A DNA stretch of 64,000 bases from Phycisphaerae bacterium. Lineage in GTDB: Bacteria > Planctomycetota > Phycisphaerae > Phycisphaerales > SM1A02. Position numbers and translations under genes: made by a program. The stretch lies in contig VGXN01000002.1 in NCBI GenBank assembly GCA_016873335.1, positions 4,785 to 68,784 on the forward strand, in the 5' to 3' direction. Of this stretch, positions 9,137 through 16,414 are shown piece after piece (position 1 is the first letter of the stretch; every line of letters begins with the position of its first letter). A model generated the notes under the pieces. It searched no databases. It worked only from the letters and a program-made list of their open reading frames with translations, and was not told the origin of the DNA.

Positions 9137-9919
9137 ATGTTCAACGCGAACTCATCCTCGCGGTGCTCACCCAAACTGCTCTGGAGCAGCGTCCTGCTGG
9201 TGGCCGGCGCGGCCGTCGCCACGCTTGGGGTCGCGGCGGCGAGTCAGTCCGTGTCAGTCGCTGGGCAGCCCGTGCCCCCAGCCCGTCTGGACACGCAGAT
9301 CCCACGCGGCAATTCCCGTCAAGAAACGATCACATGGCGACTGAACAGTCCTTCGCCCAGGGTCGTTCCCGAGTCACGAGCGAATCCGGCGGCGGTGCCG
9401 GACAAGCTCGCAGCGAGGGTTCGATCGATGGAGCAGCGCGCGTCGCTGCGGGCGTTTGATGGGGCGCCCCCGGTCGTCCCGCACTCCGTCGCCGACCTGA
9501 ACATCCAATCCTGCCTCGCGTGCCATGCCGATGGGCTCAAGGCTGGCGACAAGGTCGCCAAGATGATCTCGCACACCACGCTCACCAACTGCACGCAGTG
9601 CCATGTCGAATCGCAGCCCAACGGTGACCATCCCAACGATCTGTCGCTGGGGAATCTGTTCGTCGGGCTTCGTCCAAGCGGCTATGGCGGCACGCGAGCG
9701 TGGGCAGGAGCACCACCGGTCATGCCGCACACCATGTTCATGCGGACCAACTGCATCAGTTGCCACGGCGAGCACGGATATGACGGGTGGCGCCCGGACC
9801 ATCTGTCCCGAAGCAACTGCGCTCAGTGCCATGTCCCCGCAGCGCAGTTCGAGCAACTCTCCCCAACCTTCGGCATTCCCGACATCGCCGACGGGCAGAC
9901 CACTGCCGATCGGCAATAA
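9137..9919 (+). CDS. napB: Tetrahaem cytochrome c made of two tandem NapB-like dihaem modules
   Basis: aggag lies 5 nt upstream of the ATG at 9137, and there is an N-terminal signal/anchor. Two internally similar modules are visible: GAPPVVPHS...CLACH...NCTQCHV and GAPPVMPHT...CISCH...NCAQCHV. This is the NapB signature (PP.iPH, C..CH, C.QCHV) twice over. Confidence 0.8.
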   Translation: MFNANSSSRCSPKLLWSSVLLVAGAAVATLGVAAASQSVSVAGQPVPPARLDTQIPRGNSRQETITWRLNSPSPRVVPESRANPAAVPDKLAARVRSMEQRASLRAFDGAPPVVPHSVADLNIQSCLACHADGLKAGDKVAKMISHTTLTNCTQCHVESQPNGDHPNDLSLGNLFVGLRPSGYGGTRAWAGAPPVMPHTMFMRTNCISCHGEHGYDGWRPDHLSRSNCAQCHVPAAQFEQLSPTFGIPDIADGQTTADRQ

Positions 9920-9930
9920 GATGAGGCACC

Positions 9931-10617
9931 ATGCACGAGGACCCGGGTCTCTCTCGGCGTGACCTCCTGCGCGGTCGGCTCTTGGGTCAGTTCCTCGGTC
10001 GGCTCGCGCAAGCTGCAACGAACAAGGTTCAGGCGGTGCAGGAAGCTGTCGCCAGCTCCGCCGCGTCGCAAGCGAAACCCGCTGACCCAGACCCGACCGC
10101 CTCGGGCGCGATGGGCCGTCGATTGGCTCTCCCGATCCACCGCCCGCCCGGCGCGATCGATGAAGTCTCGTTCCTCGCTGGCTGCACGCGATGCAATGAG
10201 TGCGTCACAGCTTGCCCCGTTGGTGCGATCGTTCACGCACCGGCCAAGTTCCGCGCCGCGGCGGGAACGCCCATGATCGACCCCCACACGGCGGCGTGCA
10301 TCATGTGCACGGACACTCCCTGCATCACCGCGTGCAAGCCCGGAGTACTCAGGGCCGACCAGCCGCGGGCCATGGGTGTGGCATGGATTCAGACGATGGC
10401 CTGTCTCGCGCACACTGGCTCGTTCTGCACCGTCTGCTCCGAGCAATGCCCGGTGCCTGGCGCGATCGAAGTTCACGCCTGCAAGCCCACGATCCGACCC
10501 GACGCGTGTACCGGGTGTGGCGTATGCGCCAATGTCTGTCCGGCACCAACGAACGCAATCGTCGTCATGCCGCTGGCCGATCGACGGACCAGATCGTCCT
10601 CATCGGGCCACCACTGA
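9931..10617 (+). CDS. napF: NapF-like polyferredoxin (4Fe-4S clusters)
   Basis: It has an N-terminal SRRDLLRG Tat-like remnant and the motif RPPGAIDEVSFLAGCTRCNECVTACP, typical of NapF (RPPwa..e..F...CtrC..C..aC). Further clusters are CIMCTDTPCITAC, C..CSEQCP and CTGCGVCANVCP. Confidence 0.7.
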   Translation: MHEDPGLSRRDLLRGRLLGQFLGRLAQAATNKVQAVQEAVASSAASQAKPADPDPTASGAMGRRLALPIHRPPGAIDEVSFLAGCTRCNECVTACPVGAIVHAPAKFRAAAGTPMIDPHTAACIMCTDTPCITACKPGVLRADQPRAMGVAWIQTMACLAHTGSFCTVCSEQCPVPGAIEVHACKPTIRPDACTGCGVCANVCPAPTNAIVVMPLADRRTRSSSSGHH

Positions 10618-10721
10618 TGAGCGTTGGCCCGTTGGCCCGCTCAACGAGGCAAGGCATCCCGCAATCTCGCCAGCCACGACGCCCCACGCGGGCCGATTCG
10701 GCCACGCCGCCAGTCAACGAG

Positions 10722-10751
10722 AAGGCCCGCCTCGACTTCGAGGCGGGCCTT
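10722..10751. terminator. GC-rich 13-bp hairpin between napF and tRNA-Asn
   Basis: aaggcccgcctcg-actt-cgaggcgggcctt is a perfect 13-bp stem with a 4-nt loop. It has no long U-tract, so it may be a bidirectional terminator or a processing element. Confidence 0.5.
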
Positions 10752-10754
10752 GAA

Positions 10755-10826
10755 CTCCCCCAGCTGGACTCGAACCAGCAACCTGGCGGTTAACAGCCGC
10801 CCGCTCTACCATTGAGCTATAGGGGA
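10755..10826 (-). tRNA. tRNA-Asn (GTT)
   Basis: The minus-strand sequence TCCCCTATAGCTCAATGGTAGAGCGGGCGGCTGTTAACCGCCAGGTTGCTGGTTCGAGTCCAGCTGGGGGAG folds as a cloverleaf. The acceptor stem is TCCCCTA/TGGGGGA, the anticodon stem is GGCGG/CCGCC with loop CTGTTAA, and the T-arm is GCTGG-TTCGAGT-CCAGC. CCA is not encoded. Confidence 0.9.
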
Positions 10827-10926
10827 ATGGAACGAAAATAGTAACGGGGTAGCCCTCATCGTCAAGCGAAGAGGGTTTCTGCAAAGTTCTCAGACCGAAT
10901 TCGCGATAACCACTTACCTGCCCCGC

Positions 10927-10954
10927 TTGCATTGTCGGGCCATTGGCATAGACT
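10927..10954 (+). promoter_or_regulatory. Putative sigma70-type promoter of rpmE
   Basis: TTGCAT (10927-10932), a 16-nt spacer, then TAGACT (10949-10954), about 27 nt upstream of the rpmE ATG. This is a pattern match only. Confidence 0.3.
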
Positions 10955-10980
10955 CAACGACCCGACTTGGAGACAACAGC

Positions 10981-11241
10981 ATGAAGCAAGACATCCATCC
11001 CAAGTATTACCCAGAGTGCAAGGTGAACTACCGCGGCGAAGTCGTGATGACAGTCGGCGCGACCGTTCCAGAACTCAATGTCGAAGTGTGGTCTGGGTCG
11101 CACCCCTACTACACGGGTCAGAAGACCTTCATCGACACGGCGGGTCGCGTCGAGCGGTTCCAGCGCAAGTTCGCCGGCGACTACTTCGGCAAGGACAAGT
11201 CCAAGTCGAAGGGCGCAGCGAAGCCTGACGCGAAGAAGTAG
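10981..11241 (+). CDS. rpmE: 50S ribosomal protein L31 (Cys-poor, non-zinc form)
   Basis: MKQDIHPKYYPECKVNYRGEVVMTVGATVPELNVEVWSGSHPYYTGQKTFIDTAGRVERFQRKF is the L31 signature (MK.DIHP.Y ... HP.yTG.q...dt.GRv.kF). The CxxC pairs are absent. Confidence 0.9.
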   Translation: MKQDIHPKYYPECKVNYRGEVVMTVGATVPELNVEVWSGSHPYYTGQKTFIDTAGRVERFQRKFAGDYFGKDKSKSKGAAKPDAKK

Positions 11242-11265
11242 ATTCGCCATTCTCGAAACACCGTT

Positions 11266-11300
11266 CACCGTGCTCTCCCAAGGAGCACGGTGTTTTGTTT
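11266..11300 (+). terminator. Rho-independent terminator after rpmE
   Basis: A 10-bp stem (CACCGTGCTC / GAGCACGGTG) with a 7-nt loop is followed by TTTTGTTT. It ends 10 nt before the prfA ATG. Confidence 0.7.
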
Positions 11301-11309
11301 CCCCCGCGC

Positions 11310-12389
11310 ATGAACGAACCTGCTGCCAACCTCATCCGAAGGCTCGAGGAAATCGAGAGCGAACATGGTCGCATCGAGAGCCAGTTGAACGATCCCGCGG
11401 TGCTCGTACAGCACACGCAGGTTCGTGCGCTCATGATTCGCCGCACAACGATCGGCGCGACAGTCGATGCGTGGAAACGCTGGAAATGGCGCCGACACGA
11501 GATGGAGTCCGCAGCGACACTGGCAGGTGATGCCGATGCAGCAATCGCGGCGCTTGCCCGCGAGGAGATGCGCCGCGCCGAACAGGAGTGCGATGCCCTG
11601 CTCGCACAACTCGTGCATGAACTGGTGACCGCCGATGACCGAGCCGTCACGCGACTCATCCTGGAAGTTCGCGCTGGCGTCGGTGGCGATGAGGCAAGCC
11701 TGTGGGCGGGCGATCTCATCAACATGTACGGCCGCTACTGCAAGGCCCGCGGTTGGCAGGTGGAGGAGATGGAGTCGAAGGCGGGTGATGTTGGCGGAGT
11801 CACGCATGCTGTCCTTGGGATCACGGGCGATGGAGCCTGGAGCGCACTTGGCTACGAGGGCGGCACACACCAAGTAAAGCGCGTTCCCGCCACGGAGGCG
11901 CAGGGGCGCATTCACACGTCGACCGCCACCGTCGCCGTGCTGCCCGAACCCGAGTCGATCGATGAGAGCATCGATCCATCGGAGGTCCGCGAGACCGTCA
12001 CCACTGCACAGGGTCCGGGCGGGCAGAATGTGAACAAGGTCTCGACGGCCGTTCATCTGGTGCACACGCCGACGGGGATCGAGGTGCGCATGCAGGAAAC
12101 GCGCAGTCAGTTGCAGAACCGCGACAAGGCGTGGCGATTGCTGCGCGCGCGCGTCTTGGAGCGACGAAGCGCCGAAGCGCACGCGCGCCGCGCCACCGAG
12201 CGAAGTGCGATGATCGGTTCGGGCGACCGAGCGGAAAAGATTCGCACCTACCGCGCGAAGGAGAACATCGCGGTCGATCACCGCATCGAGCAGTCATTCG
12301 CGCTCGATGCGCTGCTCGCAGGGGACATGCAGCCGCTGGTGGACGCACTCGCGATCAAAGACATCGCAGACCGTGTTCAGCAGCTCTGA
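11310..12389 (+). CDS. prfA: Peptide chain release factor 1
   Basis: It has the GGQ motif (TTAQGPGGQNVNKVSTAVHLVHTPTGI) and a PAT tripeptide (KRVPATEAQGRIHTSTATVAVLPE), which is RF1-type rather than SPF. The start was set at MNEPAANLI... downstream of the terminator. Confidence 0.9.
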   Translation: MNEPAANLIRRLEEIESEHGRIESQLNDPAVLVQHTQVRALMIRRTTIGATVDAWKRWKWRRHEMESAATLAGDADAAIAALAREEMRRAEQECDALLAQLVHELVTADDRAVTRLILEVRAGVGGDEASLWAGDLINMYGRYCKARGWQVEEMESKAGDVGGVTHAVLGITGDGAWSALGYEGGTHQVKRVPATEAQGRIHTSTATVAVLPEPESIDESIDPSEVRETVTTAQGPGGQNVNKVSTAVHLVHTPTGIEVRMQETRSQLQNRDKAWRLLRARVLERRSAEAHARRATERSAMIGSGDRAEKIRTYRAKENIAVDHRIEQSFALDALLAGDMQPLVDALAIKDIADRVQQL

Positions 12390-12421
12390 CGAGCGAAGCA
12401 CACATCACGCACCGCACGCGA

Positions 12422-13510
12422 TCAGCGCACGGAAAGCACCGCTTCGACATCCGCGGCGCGCGGACCCGCGCGCACGGCGATCGGCACCGTGATGATGCCG
12501 CTGATCCCCGCACGCGGCGTGATGCGGACCGACACTGCGGTTCCATCTTCCGCGCCCGGCGCGGTTGCTGCCAGCTCGACGGTCGCATCGGGCGATGTGG
12601 TCGTCACCGAATCCACCTTCATGTCCTTGAGCTTGAAGACGAAGGTCGCAGTTCCACTTGTCCCTGCCGCAACACGACCCAAGTTCAGTCGCTGCTCGAT
12701 GACCGGGATCTTGGGCTTCTGCGGCGCACGTGTGCTGCGGACGCGCACATCCACGACCCCCGCGCCTGCCGCATCGGTCTCGAACAGCAGATACGGGGGA
12801 AGGGCTGCGCCCTCCGCGGTGCCGGTGACGTCGTACGTCACAACCCACGACGCGCGCGGCGCGTCCTCGGAACCATCGCCGTACTGAATCACCATCTGCG
12901 CCCCCGACATCGAAAGAATCTTGAACGGCTTGCCATCGATCGACTCAAGCACCAACCGACCGATGAGGTTCTTGCCTTCCACGGCGTTCACGTAGGGAGG
13001 AACGCATCGCACCGGCAGCGTCACTTCCGCTCGCACGGGAATGTCGAGCGCGCGAGTGAACCCATTGACCATGATCTTGACGCTTGAGTTTCGCGGACCG
13101 ACTGCCGGCGCGCCATCGAGTTTCAACTTCATCTCGATCGACTTGCCTGGCTCGATGACCTTGCCCACGAGATCGTTTGGTGTCGTGCACTTGCACGAGG
13201 GCTGCACCCCTGTGATGGTGAGCGGCGTGCTGCCCGTGTTGAGGATTTGCACCGTTCCCTCCCCCGCCGTGTTGGGGGCAAGAAAGCCCAGGTCGGCGAT
13301 CGGCGGCTCGGCTGCGAGTGGGGGCGCGGGCGCACCGGTGCGCGGCTGCGCTGGCGTTGCACCTTCGCGCCCGCGGGCAGGCTGCTTCGGTGCATCCGCT
13401 GGCGGCGGTGCTGCCTGCCCTTCCACAGGAGGCGCAGCCGCGAGCGGCATCACCATGCAACACACTGCAGCGGCGAAAGATCGAATGTGCCAGCGGGTTC
13501 CAATTGTCAT
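12422..13510 (-). CDS. Secreted DUF1573-domain protein
   Basis: It has a signal-like N-terminus (MTIGTRWHIRSFAAAVCCMVMPLAAAPP) and the motif NTGSTPLTITGVQPSCKCTT, characteristic of DUF1573. The start is uncertain; the track ORF extends to 13660. Confidence 0.6.
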   Translation of the reverse strand: MTIGTRWHIRSFAAAVCCMVMPLAAAPPVEGQAAPPPADAPKQPARGREGATPAQPRTGAPAPPLAAEPPIADLGFLAPNTAGEGTVQILNTGSTPLTITGVQPSCKCTTPNDLVGKVIEPGKSIEMKLKLDGAPAVGPRNSSVKIMVNGFTRALDIPVRAEVTLPVRCVPPYVNAVEGKNLIGRLVLESIDGKPFKILSMSGAQMVIQYGDGSEDAPRASWVVTYDVTGTAEGAALPPYLLFETDAAGAGVVDVRVRSTRAPQKPKIPVIEQRLNLGRVAAGTSGTATFVFKLKDMKVDSVTTTSPDATVELAATAPGAEDGTAVSVRITPRAGISGIITVPIAVRAGPRAADVEAVLSVR

Positions 13511-13679
13511 GAGGAAACTGCCCAAGGGGGCCCTTTGCTCGGTCGGTTGTAGCCGACCGAGGGACATTTCGTACGCCATTGGTCCCCTTGGAACACAAGT
13601 GGCGGATTCTTGTGCAAAGGCATCATTTTTGGGGGGATTGGCAAAATCTTTCCACTGCAATTTTACAACCTCCAGATTG

Positions 13680-13795
13680 GGGTTATGTTGGGATTGCAGA
13701 TGAGAATCTGCATCAGTCAGCCGAATCGGTTGGCTGATTAACCAAGCCCTTTTCCCTCCCTCCGCCTCCGAGCCTTGTGCTCGGGGGTTTTTTTT
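13680..13795 (+). ncRNA. Candidate small RNA or efp leader: two hairpins, C/U-rich single strand, intrinsic terminator
   Basis: The elements are a hairpin at 13695-13712 (7 bp, GAGA loop), a hairpin at about 13715-13739, the C/U-rich tract gcccttttccctccctccgcc (13746-13765), and then the terminator. The 5' end is not determined. No coding gene on the + strand lies upstream to be terminated. Confidence 0.3.
13766..13795 (+). terminator. Rho-independent terminator (plus-strand orientation)
   Basis: An 8-bp stem (ctccgagc / gctcgggg) with loop cttgt is followed by eight T (13788-13795). On the minus strand there is no T-tract, so the orientation is +. Confidence 0.7.
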
Positions 13796-13913
13796 GGCGA
13801 ACGCTTGGCTTGGCTATCCTCCCCCGCTTCGCGAACCTCACTTCGCGAATCTGCTTCCAGCATTTGGAGGCGCCCTCCGTTCCCTTTCATCCTCGCATTC
13901 TGACAACGCAACC

Positions 13914-14468
13914 ATGAACTCCACCGACCTTCGTCCCGGCATGGCCATCAAACTGGATGGTCGCATGTATGTGATCACGCAGTACACCCATGTCACGCCA
14001 GGCAACCTACGGGCGTTCGTGCAGATCAAGATCAAGGACATCGAGAAGGGAACGCTGCTCGAGAAGCGGCTGCGTTCGGGCGAAGCTGTGGAGCAGGTGG
14101 AACTTGATCGCCGCCCGATGCAGTACTTGTATGCGCAAGGCAAGCAGCACGTGTTCATGGACAATCAGAACTACGAGCAGTTCGAACTCGACCCGGATGT
14201 GGTCGGCGAAATGCCGCTGTATGTACTGCCCGACAAGGAAGTGGTTGTGCTGTGGTGCGATGGGAAGCCCGTGAGCATCGAGATGCCCAACGTCGTCGAA
14301 CTTCTCGTGACGGACACGCCCCCCGGCATCAAGGGCGCGACGGCGACCAACCAACTGAAGGAAGCGACGCTCGAGACAGGTCTGAAGACGCGCGTGCCGC
14401 CCTTCATCACCACTGGCGAGCGCGTGCGCATCAATACGACCGACGGCTCCTACGCAAGCCGCGCCTGA
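13914..14468 (+). CDS. efp: Elongation factor P
   Basis: MNSTDLRPGMAIKLDGRMYVITQYTHVTPGNLRAFVQIKIKD...VELLVTDTPPGIKGATATNQLKEATLETGLKTRVPPFITTGERVRINTTDGSYASRA matches EF-P end to end. Confidence 0.9.
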   Translation: MNSTDLRPGMAIKLDGRMYVITQYTHVTPGNLRAFVQIKIKDIEKGTLLEKRLRSGEAVEQVELDRRPMQYLYAQGKQHVFMDNQNYEQFELDPDVVGEMPLYVLPDKEVVVLWCDGKPVSIEMPNVVELLVTDTPPGIKGATATNQLKEATLETGLKTRVPPFITTGERVRINTTDGSYASRA

Positions 14469-14492
14469 ACGCGCGCAGCGTTGGCGCGCCGC

Positions 14493-15806
14493 TCAGTGCG
14501 GCAGCGGGAATCGACCGCAGAAACTTCGGATTTCCTGCCGAACGCTCTCGCAGACCGTGGCGTCGCCCTTCGATCCCATCACGCGGTCGAGCCACTCCGC
14601 AACGAGCGCCATCTCCTTCTCGCCGAGTCCGCGCGTGGTGAGCGCTGGTGTCCCAAGCCGCAGCCCGCTCGTCACCATCGGTGGACGCGGATCGTTCGGG
14701 ATGCCGTTCTTGTTGCAGATGATGCCCGCGCGTTCGAGCCACTTCTCCGCATCGGCGCCGGTCAGATCCGCGCTGCGCGCGCGCAGATCCACGAGCATCA
14801 GATGGTTGTCCGTCCCACCCGTGCAGAGGCGGTAGCCGCGCTGCATCAATCCGGCGGCAAGCGCCTGCGCGTTCCGAACCACCTGCGCGCAGTACTCGGC
14901 GAACTCCGGGCGCAGCGCCTCGCCAAATGCGAGTGCCTTCGCGGCGATGATGTGCATCAGCGGCCCGCCCTGCGAACCTGGGAAGACCTTGCGGTCGATC
15001 TTCGTGGCGAGTTCCTCGTCGTTGGTGAGCACGAGTCCACCGCGCGGACCGCGAAGCGTCTTGTGGGTGGTCGTGGTCACGACATGCGCATGCGGGAATG
15101 GCGATGGGTGAACGCCCGTCGCACAGAGCCCGGCGATGTGCGCGATGTCCGCCATCAGGAAGGCGCCCACCTCATCCGCGATCGCGCGGAATCGCGCGAA
15201 GTCGATCGTGCGCGGGTACGCGGAGAATCCGCAGATGATGAGCTTCGGCTTGTGCGTTCTCGCGAGCGCGGCAATCTCGTCGTAGTCGAGGCGCTCGGTC
15301 TCCGGATGCAATCCGTAGTCCACGATCTTGTAGAAGGTTCCACTGAAGTTTGGCTTCAGTCCATGGCTGAGATGACCGCCCGCCTTGATCGGCAGGCTGA
15401 GCACGGTGTCGCCTGGATTCATCAGCGCCATGAACGCGGCGATGTTCGCGTTCGCGCCGCAGTGCGGCTGGACGTTCGCAAAGTGGCAGCCAAACAGTTG
15501 CTTGGCGCGTGTGCGGGCGAGATCTTCGACCTGATCATGGAACTCGCAGCCGCCGTAGTAGCGCTTGCCTGGGTAGCCCTCCGCGTACTTGTTCGTCATC
15601 CAACTGCCCGCCGCGTGCATCACCGCCGCACTGACGTGATTTTCACTCGCGATGAGTTCGAGCGTGTGCTCTTGGCGATCGCGTTCACCCGCGAGCATGC
15701 GGGCAAGATCAGGATCACTTGAACGCACCAGGTCAAGCAGCCGCCCGCCCGCGTCGGATTGGTCTGTCGCGGCGTGTGAATGCGTGCGCGCTGGTGCAGT
15801 CGTCAT
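14493..15806 (-). CDS. glyA: Serine hydroxymethyltransferase
   Basis: [15 protein letters not shown]...[17 protein letters not shown]...[16 protein letters not shown] is the SHMT signature, including the PLP lysine. Confidence 0.95.
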   Translation of the reverse strand: MTTAPARTHSHAATDQSDAGGRLLDLVRSSDPDLARMLAGERDRQEHTLELIASENHVSAAVMHAAGSWMTNKYAEGYPGKRYYGGCEFHDQVEDLARTRAKQLFGCHFANVQPHCGANANIAAFMALMNPGDTVLSLPIKAGGHLSHGLKPNFSGTFYKIVDYGLHPETERLDYDEIAALARTHKPKLIICGFSAYPRTIDFARFRAIADEVGAFLMADIAHIAGLCATGVHPSPFPHAHVVTTTTHKTLRGPRGGLVLTNDEELATKIDRKVFPGSQGGPLMHIIAAKALAFGEALRPEFAEYCAQVVRNAQALAAGLMQRGYRLCTGGTDNHLMLVDLRARSADLTGADAEKWLERAGIICNKNGIPNDPRPPMVTSGLRLGTPALTTRGLGEKEMALVAEWLDRVMGSKGDATVCESVRQEIRSFCGRFPLPH

Positions 15807-15850
15807 GCGAGCATCGTAGCCCGTTCGACCGCGATATCGTGCCGCGTCCG

Positions 15851-16414
15851 ATGGAATCCCTGTGCGTGCCGATGTGCGGTGCCGTGCTTCAACTGGAGGC
15901 GCATGGTGGTGCGCTTCGCACCCATTGGCGCGCGACCGCAGGGCGACGCTTCCTTCGACCGCGCCGCGGCGATGATGCGCGGCTGCTTCGCGCTGGAGCG
16001 GCTCTGGTCAGGCGCTGGCAAGGGGGTGGGCCTGTCGACGCGCGCGCGCTTGCATCGCTGCTGCCTGCAGCGGGCGCGTTCACAACCGCGTGCTGGCTGG
16101 CCGCAGCGCGAATCCCACGCGGCTCGACCTGCACCTACACGCAGTTGGCTGAACGCGCGGGTCGCCCCGGTGCAGCGCGCGCAGCCGCTTCAGCGATGGC
16201 GCGCAATCCGCTGCCTCCTTTGGTCCCCTGCCACCGCGTTGTTGCGTGCGGCGGCATCGGCGGTTTCTGCGGTATCGCACCGCAGCGGCAGGGGCACTGG
16301 GCGATCCGGCTGAAGTGCGCGCTGCTGGAGCACGAGCAAGCGGATGCCTCATACACTTCCCCCCCCGCACCACGGGCAACAGGTCGAGCGCAACAACGAA
16401 GGAGTCACGCATGA
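15851..16414 (+). CDS. ogt: Methylated-DNA--protein-cysteine methyltransferase
   Basis: [37 protein letters not shown] carries the PCHR active-site motif. The stop overlaps the ugd ATG (ATGA at 16411-16414). The start M45 was chosen to clear glyA. Confidence 0.75.
   Translation: MESLCVPMCGAVLQLEAHGGALRTHWRATAGRRFLRPRRGDDARLLRAGAALVRRWQGGGPVDARALASLLPAAGAFTTACWLAAARIPRGSTCTYTQLAERAGRPGAARAAASAMARNPLPPLVPCHRVVACGGIGGFCGIAPQRQGHWAIRLKCALLEHEQADASYTSPPAPRATGRAQQRRSHA

Noticed and set aside
9137-9919. Whether the tetrahaem protein after napA is NapC.
   Set aside because: The haem-motif contexts match NapB (PP.[VM]PH … C.QCHV) twice rather than the NapC/NirT pattern. NapC-type spacing and context were not recognisable, so it is reported as a duplicated NapB.
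10618-10980. A genomic island or integration scar next to tRNA-Asn, and similarly next to tRNA-Ala at 31491-31657.
   Set aside because: There is no integrase, no direct repeat of the tRNA 3' end and no phage or IS gene nearby. The flanking genes are housekeeping genes (nap, rpmE, rsmE).
11310-12389. A possible programmed +1 frameshift of the kind found in release-factor genes.
   Set aside because: The protein is RF1 (PAT tripeptide and GGQ) in a single uninterrupted frame. The frameshift is a feature of prfB (RF2) only.
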